Source of the DNA: Amoebidium appalachense
Lineage: Eukaryota; Protista; Ichthyosporea
Direction: 5' to 3'
Length of the DNA: 64,000 nucleotides
Assembly: GCA_963693365.1 (NCBI GenBank)
Contig: CAVNZM010000003.1
Location: 8,899,808 to 8,963,807, forward strand
Shown piece after piece: positions 38,454 to 49,933 of this stretch (position 1 is its first letter; each line of letters begins with the position of its first letter). A program made the position numbers and the translations under genes. The notes below the pieces were generated by a model. The model saw only the letters and a list, made by a program, of their open reading frames with translations. It was not told the DNA's origin and did no database searches.

Positions 38454-39624
38454 ATGCCGCCGAAAAAGCGCCAGGCCTCAGCCGCCGCCCCTGCCGCGGC
38501 ACCTAAGCGCCTGACCCGCAGCGACCTCCGCCACAGGCTGACCAACGCTCCCGCGGACACTGACGCGCCTCCAGCGGCCCATACCACCACGGACCCGGAC
38601 CCGCCGGCTACTCCCCCCCTCCACTCCTGAAGTCCCCCCTCAGGCCCCGCCGTCCCCGCAGATGACTTCTCAAGACGCCGTCCTGGCCGCCCTCACCGCC
38701 ATCAGCACCCAGATGGCTGGCGTCCTGGCTGCTCTCACCAACCGCGACCCTCCCGCGCCCCCCGCCGCGCCTTCCACACCCGGGGAGGTTTCCCCGGGGC
38801 TGCATCTCGGCCCTGACCTAGACCTACCTGCCCTGCCCGCGCCCCCCATCACAGGTGAGAACACTGGCGACATTCAGCCGGGCACACTCCCGCTTCCCCC
38901 CGCGGATGTGCTGGCAGATTTGCGCGCCAATCGTTTCGTCGACCTGTATAAGTTCACCCCCGCCGCCCTCCTGGCCCCATCCAAGAAAGGTCAGCATCTG
39001 CGCATGGCCGACGACGGCAGCATCGAGACTTTTCGCCAAGACAAACCCGTTCCCCTGCGTTCACTCGTCATTTGGATCCAAGCTTGGACCCATTACATGG
39101 CCGCCAAGCACCACCTCGGCCTCCCCACGGACAAAGACGTACTTTGGACTCAGCACATCACTCGCCTCAGCACCCGATACCCGTGGGCCCAGATCCACAA
39201 CTATGACGTATACGCCCGCACCGTTGCCCACCAGCAGGGTCGGGCTCCGATCGAGTGTCCCAACCTGCTCGCCCAACTCCACCAGGATCTCCTCCTGCCA
39301 CCCACTCTGCTCATCCCGGACGCATGTCAGCGCTGTGGCTTCCCCGACCACCCCAGCGCGGCCTGCCCCATGTACCCCAAGCCCGGCTGTGGTCTTGACG
39401 GCTTTAAGCCGCCCCACAAGCCCGGCGGGGGTCAAACCCCTAACCGCCCTGGCCCGCAACCCGGCCCGGCAAAACCGGCCCGACCCGTGGATCTACCCGC
39501 GACGCACTGCAGGAATTTCCACATTAACGGTCGGTCCTGCGCTAAGCAGCCCTGCCCCTTCTCCCACGTGTGCCCGCTCTGCTCTGGCACACACCCCCGC
39601 AAAGACTGCAAGCACAATGCCTAG
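38454..39624 (+). CDS. Ngaro gag-like ORF1 (likely start MPPKKR at 38454, with one frameshift, probably in a C-run, before 38662)
   Basis: FVDLYKF..WIQAW..Y..YD motifs, CQRCGFPDHPSAAC knuckle, and C-terminal CRNFH..C..C..H-CPLC..H..C fingers. Confidence 0.85.
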
Positions 39625-40018
39625 TCTACGCGCACACCCACACACACAGCTAGAACATAGGGGTTAGGAGCTAGGACACACGAGTACAGGGAAACGGAGC
39701 TCGGGAGAACGGGCCAATAGGGCTGAGTACAAAATTTCGCAGGCCAACTACGGCGCCCGCGCGCGTCAAGAATAAATGTCCCTACACAAAGACGTTTATT
39801 CTGGCCACTGCACATAATTTTACTCCCCCCCCCCCATCCCACGAGCCTCCCCCCCCCCCCCTTACACTCACCTAGCACTCCCTCCCCCCCTTCTTCTACC
39901 TCTGTGTCCGCCCACACCCCCGCGTGCTCGGGCACATTCCCCTGCACAGGGCCCCGCTGCCCTCCCTGCCAACCCTCACTTGGGCCCAGCTGCCCTACTC
40001 TAACCCCCCGGGGCCCTG

Positions 40019-40065
<47 letters not shown>

Positions 40066-40096
40066 CTGCCGGGATCTCCCCAAGGGTACACCACCC

Positions 40097-42842
40097 TTGC
40101 TAACCACCCCCTTCCCCCGAGGCTCAGACCCGGAGGCCCGCCCGCTGCCCCAGCACCACATTGACACCTCCCGCCTCCGGGAACTGCTGGCCTCCTACCC
40201 GGACCAACCATTCGCCGCACAACTCCTCCACGATGTCGAATTCGGCGTCGACATCGGCTATCGCGGCCCCTCCACCTCTCGGGTGGGCCCCAACCTACCC
40301 ACCACCCCGGAGGCAGCTGCCGCTATCACGGTGGATATTGCCAAAGAAGTCGCCCTCGGCCACCTGCGCGGCCCCCTCTCCCCGGCCCAATCCTTTGACG
40401 AATTTCCGGTCCACCGTTCCTCCCCCATCGGCGCCGTTACCAAGAAAGGGAACCCCCCCCAAGTACCGTCGAATCCACCACCTCTCCTGGCCCCGGGGTA
40501 GCAGTGTCAATGACAGCATCACCTACCCCGACGAACTTCAGTACATTCGCGCCCGGGATGTCACCCAACTCATTCTCGACGCAGGCCCCGGCTGCTACAT
40601 GGCCGTGGCAGATGTGCAGGCTGCCTTCCGGCACATGCCCATCCGACCGGAAGACCACCACTTAATGGCATTCAAATGGCAAGGGCATTTTTACGTTGAA
40701 ACCAGACTGCCCTTCGGCCTGAAATCTAGCCCAGCCATCTGGGAACGGATCGCGGCCACCCTACAGTGGCTGGCACACCAGCACGGTATTACCCTCATCC
40801 GCCACTACGTAGACGACTGGATTATAGTCGCCCCCACACAAGAGCAGTGCCAACGTCACCTATCCACCTTCCTGCAACTCTGCCGAGAGCTGCACATTGC
40901 CATCTCCGAAGACAAGATGCAGGGCCCGGCTACCCGTGTCGTCTTCATCGGTATCGAATTCGACTCCATCGCCATGGAGGCACGAATCCCGGCTTCCAAG
41001 CTCTCGGACCTACTCGACCTCACTTCCCACCCAAAGCCCACCATCACCATTCGGGACCTCCAGTCCCTCCTCGGCAAACTCACCTGGTGTGCCCAGCTGG
41101 TTCCCCCCGGGAGGGCCTTCTCCCAGCGCCTATGGGCCCTTCTCCGGACCCACCCACACCTTGCCGGCCACCACCACATACGACTGACTGCTGCCGCCCG
41201 GGCCGACATAGCCGAATGGCACCAGTTCCTCACATCATGGAATGGGGTGCACCTCATCACACCCCCCACATACACCACCCTGGCCACTGATGCTGCCGGA
41301 TCGGTGGGTCTAGGAGGCCACTGGCTCGACCAATGGTTCTTCATGCCCTGGTCCCCCTCCACCCAAGCCCTCTATGCTCATGAGGGTAAACTCGGTTCTT
41401 CCGTCATCGAACTCCTGGCCATCGCAGCCGCCGTGGCCCTCTGGGCCCCCTCCTGGTCCACCCACCATGTCCGTATTTTATGCGACAACACGGGTGCTGT
41501 GTCTGACCTGCACTCCCGGTCTTCCCCCCACCCCGTGATGGCCAAACTTATTCGGTTCATCACCCGCATGGAAATGCAATACCAATTTACGTTACAGGCA
41601 TCCTACCTACCAGGACCCCTCAACCATCTGGCCGATGCCATTTCTCGTAACCAACTTCCCCGGCCGGGGCCCGACGACTCCGACCTTCCCTGCAACCGGA
41701 GCCCTGCCCCTTCCCCTCCTGGGTCCACGAGTTCCTATCCCTTCCCTTGGGCTAACCCCCCCCCCCCCCCCCCCCCCCCAGATCTCCCGTTCCGGAGCAA
41801 CACTGGCAGATTGGCCCCCCACTTTGCTCCGGCCGAGCTGCTTCGAGCCACCACTACCCTGCAGGAATGCCAGGCCCTGAGTCTCAACCTCGACTCTCGG
41901 GCCTTTTACTCCCGGGTGCAAAAAGTGTTCATCGATTTCTGTGTGGCATCTCGGCTGCAATCCTCCTCCGGGTCCTCCCTCCCGGCCTCCCCACACACCG
42001 TGCAACTTTTTCTCGCCTGGTGTGCCCAACGAGGGGTACAGGCCTCTTCCTTAACCGGCTACAATTCGGCCATCACCAGGCTCCACCTCGACATGGGCCT
42101 CCCTGCTCCCTACCCCCACGACAAGTCTCTGGCCTGGTTCCTACGGGGGGTGGGCCGATGGCAGCTTTCTCACAACATCCGACCCCGCTCATCCACCAGG
42201 GAACCCCTCCTCCCCTCCCACCTCCGCCTACTCCATGGCCAGTGCCCCACCAAGGCCTCCTCGGCCAATCTCCGGCTATGGACGGCCCTCATCGTCGGTT
42301 TCTGTGGTCTCCTCCGTTCAGGGGAATTTACCTCCAAGACCCTGACTTCTTTCGACCCGTCCCGTCACGTTAAACGGAAGGACGTGACCTTCAGCTACAC
42401 CCCCACCGGTACTTTGTCCCATGCCACCCTCCACCTGCCAACCTCTAAGACGGATGTACAGGCCCGAGGTGTCAACGTCACCCTAGCTGCCCTGCCCCTC
42501 ACCCACTTCTCCCCAGCCCATCTCCTCCGGCAGTTCCTGGATACAACGTCCGGTCAACCCGACGACCCCCTCTTCAGTCTCGGTGGCATCCCCTACACCA
42601 AGAGTGCTTTCTCTGCCGATTTCCGTGCCCTCCTCTCCCGGGCAGGCCTCTCACCCTCCCGGTTTGCCGGACACAGCCTCCGCATCGGGGGGGCCACAGC
42701 ACTGGCTGAGGCCGGGGTCGACGACTCCCGGATCAAACAACTCGGCAGGTGGTCCTCCGACTGCTTCCTGATCTATACCCGACTTCGTCCGGCCTCCATT
42801 GCTGCCACCACCACACGTGTATTCGCCTCTATTCTTAAGTGA
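40097..42842 (+). CDS. Ngaro reverse transcriptase-RNase H and tyrosine recombinase coding region (frameshift near 40450)
   Basis: RT: ADVQAAFR, LPFGLKSSP, YVDD. RH: TDAAG, ELLA, CDN, NHLADAISR. YR: LLRSGE, SKTD, GHSLRIGGAT, GRWSS, catalytic Tyr (LIY). Confidence 0.95.
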
Positions 42843-43674
42843 AACCTTTGGAGCAAGCATACTGCTCTCGTGCCGTGGTTTACAACCATTGCAGGTTCAC
42901 TTTCGTCCAAGGGGATGTCCCCCTAGAGGCAACACACGTCCCGGAGTAGTTTTTCATAGAGGTTTTATTTGTGGAAATTATTGACATAAATATTTTTCTG
43001 GGTAAACACGTAGGATGGGTGTTCGATACCAACATAACCATGTAGGCTTCATTTCGTGTTTTAGCAGTTAGCGGTTGGCTGCCCGCACACGGGCACCTAT
43101 TAGCCAGTCAAAACATCAGATACCACAGATCACTAGACCGAGTTATGATTGGCTCGGATCAGATTTCACATATCACTAGATCGATTTTTGATTGGCTCAG
43201 ATCGGTAGGCTTAGGTATATAAGCACGACAGTTTTTAGCAGATCAGCAAGCTACAAACACATCTTCTGTGTTTAGCATCCACAGCCTTACAGCTATATAT
43301 TCCTTTTTCACCCACCCACCTACACCCACACACAACCCCCATTGATCCACACATACGTGCTGTTTTTTCACGGGGCGAAGACTTCCCCCGTTTTTTGGGC
43401 ACATGGACCTCACGGATCAATAAATTGATGACTGGGGGCTTGCCGTGGTTTACAACCATTGCAGGTTCACTTTCGTCCAAGGGGATGTCCCCCTAGAGGC
43501 AACACACGTCCCGGAGTAGTTTTCATAGAGTAACACACCAAAGGGGCCGCCCGCCCCCCCCCGCCCCGAACGGATCCCGTATAACAGCCACCCCCCAAAA
43601 CTCATACAAACTCCCTCCCTCCTCCCTTTCTCCCCTTTTTCCCTTCACTTTTATATTCCGCGCTCACTACAGCT

Positions 43675-46600
43675 TATTAATCACTTTAGTTTTATGTGTT
43701 GCCGGGTTTAACCAATCATGGTTAGTGTGATATGTCTGAGTCTTTGCAGTATGTCATAGGTTAGAACTTCCTTGATGATGACACGAGTTGACCTTAACTA
43801 GTGTCTGTGTCCTATCGTGTGCGTCTCCGCGTACCGGATCTCTCTGAAAGCAATTGGTTCTTAGTGATTGGTTTCTATTAGAGATAGATCTGATTTCCGA
43901 CTGGTCGGAAATCATGTATGGATTGGACTTAGAGGAATTTCAGGTATTTATTCGAAGATCAGAATAAATTCAGTTCAGTCGTGTCTAAACATTGATGTCT
44001 GTTGTGTACACTGCTCCGATCGTTCCGTGTTTTGTTGTTGTGTGTGTCTGTGGTGTTTTCACACTGCACCACTGTGTCTCTGCTTTCATCCCAAATACTT
44101 ATACAATTTAACAGGTGTGTGTTGTTATGCAGCCCTTTTGCACGCTCCCTACACACATCTAGAACTAGCGATCGTTTTTCAATCATGGATCCAAACAAAA
44201 CTGGCGTAAACAAAATAACCATGTGGAAAGGTGAAGGGAAGACTGGTCCCGATAGCAAAACCACCTATTTTCAATGGGAAATCATTTTTCTCGGCATGAT
44301 GACCGGCACTAAAGGTGTCCGACTCGTGGATGTTGTACTTGCTGACAACTACGTCCCCCCTACCACCGTCGCGGTTGACGGTGAACCCCCCTTCTATGGC
44401 TACGGCACTACCGCGGAACTCAAGGAGGCCCGCAATTGCCTCCTGCTCCATATGATACAGAACATCGACCCTTCCGTCCTCACCACCGTTGCCCAGTACC
44501 GTATTGGCATGGACCCTGAACGGGCCATGTGGAAATTCCGTCAACACTACCTCCAAGGCAAACCCGATCAGATCCGCATCCTTCACCGTCAGTGGGATGC
44601 CTGTGCCCTTCAGCCCGGTGAATCATTCACCACCTACCTGAGTCGTCTGCAGACCATCGTGAACCAGCTCCAGTCCCTCCAAGATGAGTCCATTCACTTC
44701 ACTCGTCTAGCTGAGAAGTTCTTCAATGAACTCACCACCAGAGACGACCTCACCCCTGAGTTCAACCGTCTTATCGAAGACTATCACTTCGGTGATAAGC
44801 TATTCCCCGACTTCGAGTCCCTCCACAACCACGTCAAGGGCATCGAGTTACGTCAAGACCTCAAGATGCAACTCCGGAGCAACCGTGCCCACCGTGCCTC
44901 CAAGTCCAGCATGGCATTAAATGCCAGTGCTCCCCCCCGTGATCTTCCTCGCCGTGACTTACGCACCCGACTTGACCGTACCTCTGGCACGGACCTCCGA
45001 ACTCGTCTCTCCCGTCAGCACACCCGATCCCGTTCCCCCCACCGGCCTGCCTTCCGGTCCACGTCTCGTTCCCCCAGTCGTTCCCGTTTCTCGGGTTCCC
45101 GTCGTTCTGATTCCCCGGCTCGTTCTAACACCCCGTCCGTGAAAGCATGCTCCTACTGCCACGAGCCTGATCACACGATCATCGATTGCCCTGAGCCGAA
45201 ATGCCGTATGTCCAGACACAACCGTTCCCGTCAAGGCAGTGAGAAATCTGTCTCCTTTGCTTTCTCGGCATACAATGCTAGCTCCGTCCCCGTGTCCTCC
45301 GACCCTGCCTGGGATTCCGGGTGCAACATGACTGTCTGCCCCACCCGTGAGTTCTTCCATGACCTCACTCCCCTTCCGACACCGACTCCCGTTGCTGCCT
45401 TCAATGGCACCCCCGTCTTGGCCACCCACACCGGCCATATCGTCATCAACACCACCACCGACCATGGCACTGCCACCCTTACCATTGAAGCCTACTACAC
45501 CCCGTCTGGCCAAGCCTTCCTCATTTCAACATCCCAAGCTGCTGCCGAATACATCAAGGGTGATTTGAATGATGCCTCCACTCCGTCATTCCTCTTCGAC
45601 CGACTCACCGGCCGTCATCTCGTCAACCCTCCGTCTACACAACGGTCTGTATTACTTCAAGGACTACACCATTCAACCACCCACTCGTCCTGTGGCTCTG
45701 GCTGCCACTACCAGTGTTAACCCATCCATCTGGCACCATCGTCTGGGGCACCGTGCTATGACCAGCATCAAGGACATGGTGAAACACGACCTTGTTATTG
45801 GTCTCCCCTCGTCTGTCCTCGACTGTGATGTTCCTGATTGTCATGGCTGCATTATGGGTAAAACCACCAAGGCTCCGTTCAAGGGTGACCGTCCTCACTC
45901 CAACATCCCCGGTCATGAATGGCATTGGGATTTTTTTGAGCCTACCACAACATCGTACGGAGGTTCCAAGGTTGCTCTCGTCACTGTCTGCCGTGCCTCT
46001 GGACTCGTCAAGATCTACCCGATGGCCGACCGTACAACCACCCTGGACATTCTCACAGCTCACACCAACCTCGTTGCTACCCATGCCCCCTCCAAAGTTG
46101 GTGTCTACCACTTCGACTCCGGCTCTGAGTTCACCTCCAAGGCTACCCGTGCTTTTTGCCTCTCCCAGGGCATCAAGGCCAGCTATGCTCCGGTGGACTG
46201 CCCTCAACTGAACGGCTATGTTGAACGTCGTATGCGGTTCCTCCAAGAGATTGTTCGTTGCCTCCTCCATCAAGTCCAAGATCAGTCTCTGTCCCCCAAA
46301 CTGTGGGCTGAGGCCCTCCAACATGCCGCCTACATCATCAACGTCACCCCGTCCACGACTGCCAATGGTCGTACACCATTCGAGGTTTTCTACGGTGTCA
46401 AGCCCGACATCTCCGAGCTCAAAGTGTTCGGTTGCCCTGCCTACACTCATGTGCCAGCCTCTAAACGGAACAAGCTGGCCCCCACCGTCAAACTCGGCAT
46501 GTATATCGGCTATGATCTTCAATCACACTGCCACCGGATCTTCAACCCCACCACCCATCGTGTCGGCCTCTTCCGTGATGTGATTTTCGACGAATCAGCT

Positions 46601-49600
46601 TATCTCCCGTCCGACATTCCATCAACACTTCCGACCCCCGACACCACTGCTACCTCGACCACCCCAACCCCCACAGTTGACACTGAAGATGATGTTTGTC
46701 TGGTGTACTCTGGCCCCCCTCCTGCCATCGTCGTTCCCCCGACACCCCCCCCCCACCGGCCCCCCTGCCCCCGTGCCCGTCCAGCCTGCCGACCCTCATC
46801 CTGCCCCTGGCAACGTCACACCCATCCGACCCGGCTCCCCCGACAACTTCCACTCGGCCCCGTCCAGCCCGGAGGTTGCCCCCCCTGCAATTCCGAACTT
46901 TCAAGTTCCCCCCCCCCCCGTCTCCACCTCCCCCGGTTCCTGCACCCCGTCGTTCTGCCCGTCTACAGGGCAAGGTTGGACTTCAAGCCACCACCACCCT
47001 GCCAGTCCCCCCCGGTCCCCCAATCAACATCGACCAACTACCCAAACTTGTCCGTCAACTGTGTTCCGGACCCAATGGTGACCAGGTCAAGTCAGCCCTC
47101 ACTGCTGAGTATCAAGCCTTCGTCGACAAAGACATCTTTGAACTTGTTGACCCTCCCCCTGGTGCTAACATCGTCGGCTTCAAGTGGATTGTCTCCGAGA
47201 AAACTCTCAACTCGGCTGGTGACACCAAGATCAAGGCCCGTGGTGTTGCTCAAGGCTTCAGTCAGCAATACGGTGTTGACTATGAGTTGATTGAGAGCCC
47301 TGTCATCCGTCCGGCTGCTCTCCGTGCTATCCTAGCTCTGGCCGTTGTTGAAGGTCATGACATCCATCAACTCGACGTGTCTACGGCCTTTCTCAACAGC
47401 CCACTCACCGAGACCATCTACATGAAACAACCCCCGGGATTCATCACCATGGCCACACTTGGCAAGGTCTGGAGACTCAAGAAAGCCCTGTACGGCCTCA
47501 AGCAAGCCTCCAAGGCTTGGTACGACTTCCTCGACGGCATTCTTCTTGCCCATGGCCTGACCCGTACTAAGACAGACCCGTGCATCTACCTCCGGTTCTT
47601 CCCCAACAACGATGTGGTTCGGGCTGGTAACTACGTCGACGACTCCACCATCACCAACACCCGGGGTTCTACTGCTGCCAGTGACCTGGCTGCCCACATC
47701 AGCAAGATGGCCAGCTGTCGTATGAGTCCATTTGACCGTATGCTCGGTGTTGATTTTAATCACTCTGATCCCCATCACCTCCACATGCACCAGAGGTCTT
47801 ACATCATGGATATCATCCACGACTTCAACCTCACCGATGCCAAGTCCAAGTCTACCCCCATCCCTGCAGGCACCACCGTCTCCCTGGCTGACTGCCCCCC
47901 CCAACCGTTCACCGTGCCCTACCGTGAGTTACTCGGCCGTCTCCTCTGGGTGGCACGGTGCACACGTCCCGACATTGCCTATGCCATCGGCTTCCTTGGT
48001 CGGTTCAGCACCAACCCCGGCAAGACTCACTGGGACCTTCTCCGTCGTGTGGCCCGGTACCTGCTCGGCACCATTGACCTTGGCATTGACTACAAGTACT
48101 CGGCCACCCAGCCCCCCATACTCGAATGCTACACGGATGCTGACTTTGCTGGTTGTGCCGACAGCAAGAAGTCTACCACCGGCTACATCATCGAGTTTGC
48201 TGGTATGCCCATCATCTGGTACTCCAAGCTCCAGCCCATCACGGCCACCAGCACCACTGAAGCTGAGCTGATTGCTCTCAATGCTGGCACCCAAGAAGAT
48301 GCTTGGGTCCGTGACCTCTTCAAGGAACTCGGCTGCCCCATGCTTGCTCCGACTCCGGTGTACTGTGACAACCAGTCGACCATTGCCATCGTCAACTCCA
48401 CCGGCATCAAGCACCGTACCAAACACATTGCCGTCCGGTATCACAACACCAAGGACTACATTGCAAGTGGGGATGTGGTTGTCCACTACGTTGAGTCAGC
48501 CCACAACTTAGCTGACATCCTCACCAAACCCCTCCCCGGCCCGAGTCATGTCACCCATCGTGCCCGACTTTGTTTGCCGGATATTGTGGATTGACCCGTC
48601 CTACTTCAAGAGTGATTTTCTAATGTTTACTACTTACTTTATCATAATCATTATTTCATATGTATCTTGCCTTTGTGGGTATGCCCACTTAGGGTTTATA
48701 TATAAGGTTTGACCTGTACCATGACTCTACTCTATCTTTCACTGGTTTAAAACCCAGTTAATCAAACCCCGACTATACACGTTATACATATTCGTTGTTT
48801 TTGCCCCGGTTCCTTCCCCCCCCCCCTTCCCCCCCCCCCCCCCCCCTTCCCCCCCCTTCCCCCCCCCCCCCCCTTCTCCCCCCCCCCCCCCCCCCCCCGG
48901 AAAAGTACACACTTTAATTTTTTTTTTTCCGTTTCTGTTCTCAAGTGGGGAGATTTCACTAGTTCAGTGGGGATATGATAACACAAACTTCAAAGTCTTA
49001 AGTGGGGATGTTGTAATACGTAGTATTTACATATGGTAAGATCTTCTCAGTTTGTGTTATGTTTCAGTTCATATGCTTAGTGTAAATGCCACACTCCTAT
49101 TATGTAAAGTGTAGCATCGATCTCCGATATGCTTGTATACTTGTAATCGTGTTGTATCGGCTTTAATCGTGTGTTGTAATATCGATTAGAATATTTATAT
49201 GTGTGTACACGGATCCACCCACTCAGGGAGAGACGTGTACATGTTCGTGTGTACATAAATATCTCTGGTTATAGTTATGCTATTACTATCTTGTTTGTTG
49301 ATCTGTGCTCTCTTTTCCTTCCTCTTTCTCCTTCCTTATTTTCTTTTCTTTCTCTCTTTGTCTTCATGTGTATAATTGTATTTCTTTTCTACTAATATAT
49401 GTTAGGTAGATTTGTGTTACTTAATACGTGTTCATTGGACGGTAACACACTTAGGCTACACTTAGAATAGCATGTGTGTTTAGACTTCATTAATTCACTT
49501 TAGTTTTCATGTGTTGCCGGGCTTTAACCAATCATCAAGGTTAAGTGTGATATGTCTGAGTCTTTGCAGTATGTCATAGGTTAGAACTTCCTTGATGATG

Positions 49601-49933
49601 ACACGAGTTGACCTTAACTAGTGTCTGTGTCCTATCGTGTGCGTCTCCGCGTACCGGATCTCTCTGAAAGCAATTGGTTCTTAGTGATTGGTTTCTATTA
49701 GAGATAGATCTGATTTCCGACTGGTCGGAAATCATGTATGGATTGGACTTAGAGGAATTTCAGGTATTTATTCGAAGATCAGAATAAATTCAGTTCAGTC
49801 GTGTCTAAACATTGATGTCTGTTGTGTACACTGCTCCGATCGTTCCGTGTTTTGTTGTTGTGTGTGTCTGTGGTGTTTTCACACTGCACCACTGTGTCTC
49901 TGCTTTCATCCCAAATACTTATACAATTTAACA
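43675..49933 (+). mobile_element. Ty1/copia LTR retrotransposon, copy 2 (type-A LTRs; 5' LTR truncated)
   Basis: Partial 5' LTR ~43675-44113, PBS-like 44114-44149, 3' LTR 49009-49933. Internal region nearly identical to copy 1. Confidence 0.96.
44185..48594 (+). CDS. Copia gag-pol polyprotein copy 2, broken by frameshifts in C-runs (~45628, ~46750, ~46915)
   Basis: ORFs 44002, 45569, 46677 and 46696 together reproduce the copy-1 protein. All shifts lie in C homopolymers, so they may be sequencing errors. Confidence 0.9.

Larger units (their letters stand above)
38065..43530 (+). mobile_element. Complete Ngaro-type (DIRS order) tyrosine-recombinase retrotransposon
   Basis: Split direct repeats A1 38065-38414, B1 42871-42960, A2 42961-43311, B2 43441-43529. 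Encodes gag, RT-RH and YR with no methyltransferase. No TSD; a shared AG core at both host junctions and at the B1/A2 junction. Confidence 0.95.

Noticed and set aside
41650-41800. Apparent RT-RNase H-YR single-ORF fusion (893 aa)
   Set aside because: The joint crosses C homopolymers, and an alternative frame (LQPEPCPFPSWVHEFLSLPLG*) gives a plausible RH end. It is likely an indel artefact of two separate ORFs.
44002-44184. N-terminal extension of the copia ORF, and other LTR-internal ORFs (MVSIRDRSDF...)
   Set aside because: These have non-ATG starts inside LTR sequence and recur only because the LTR is repeated.
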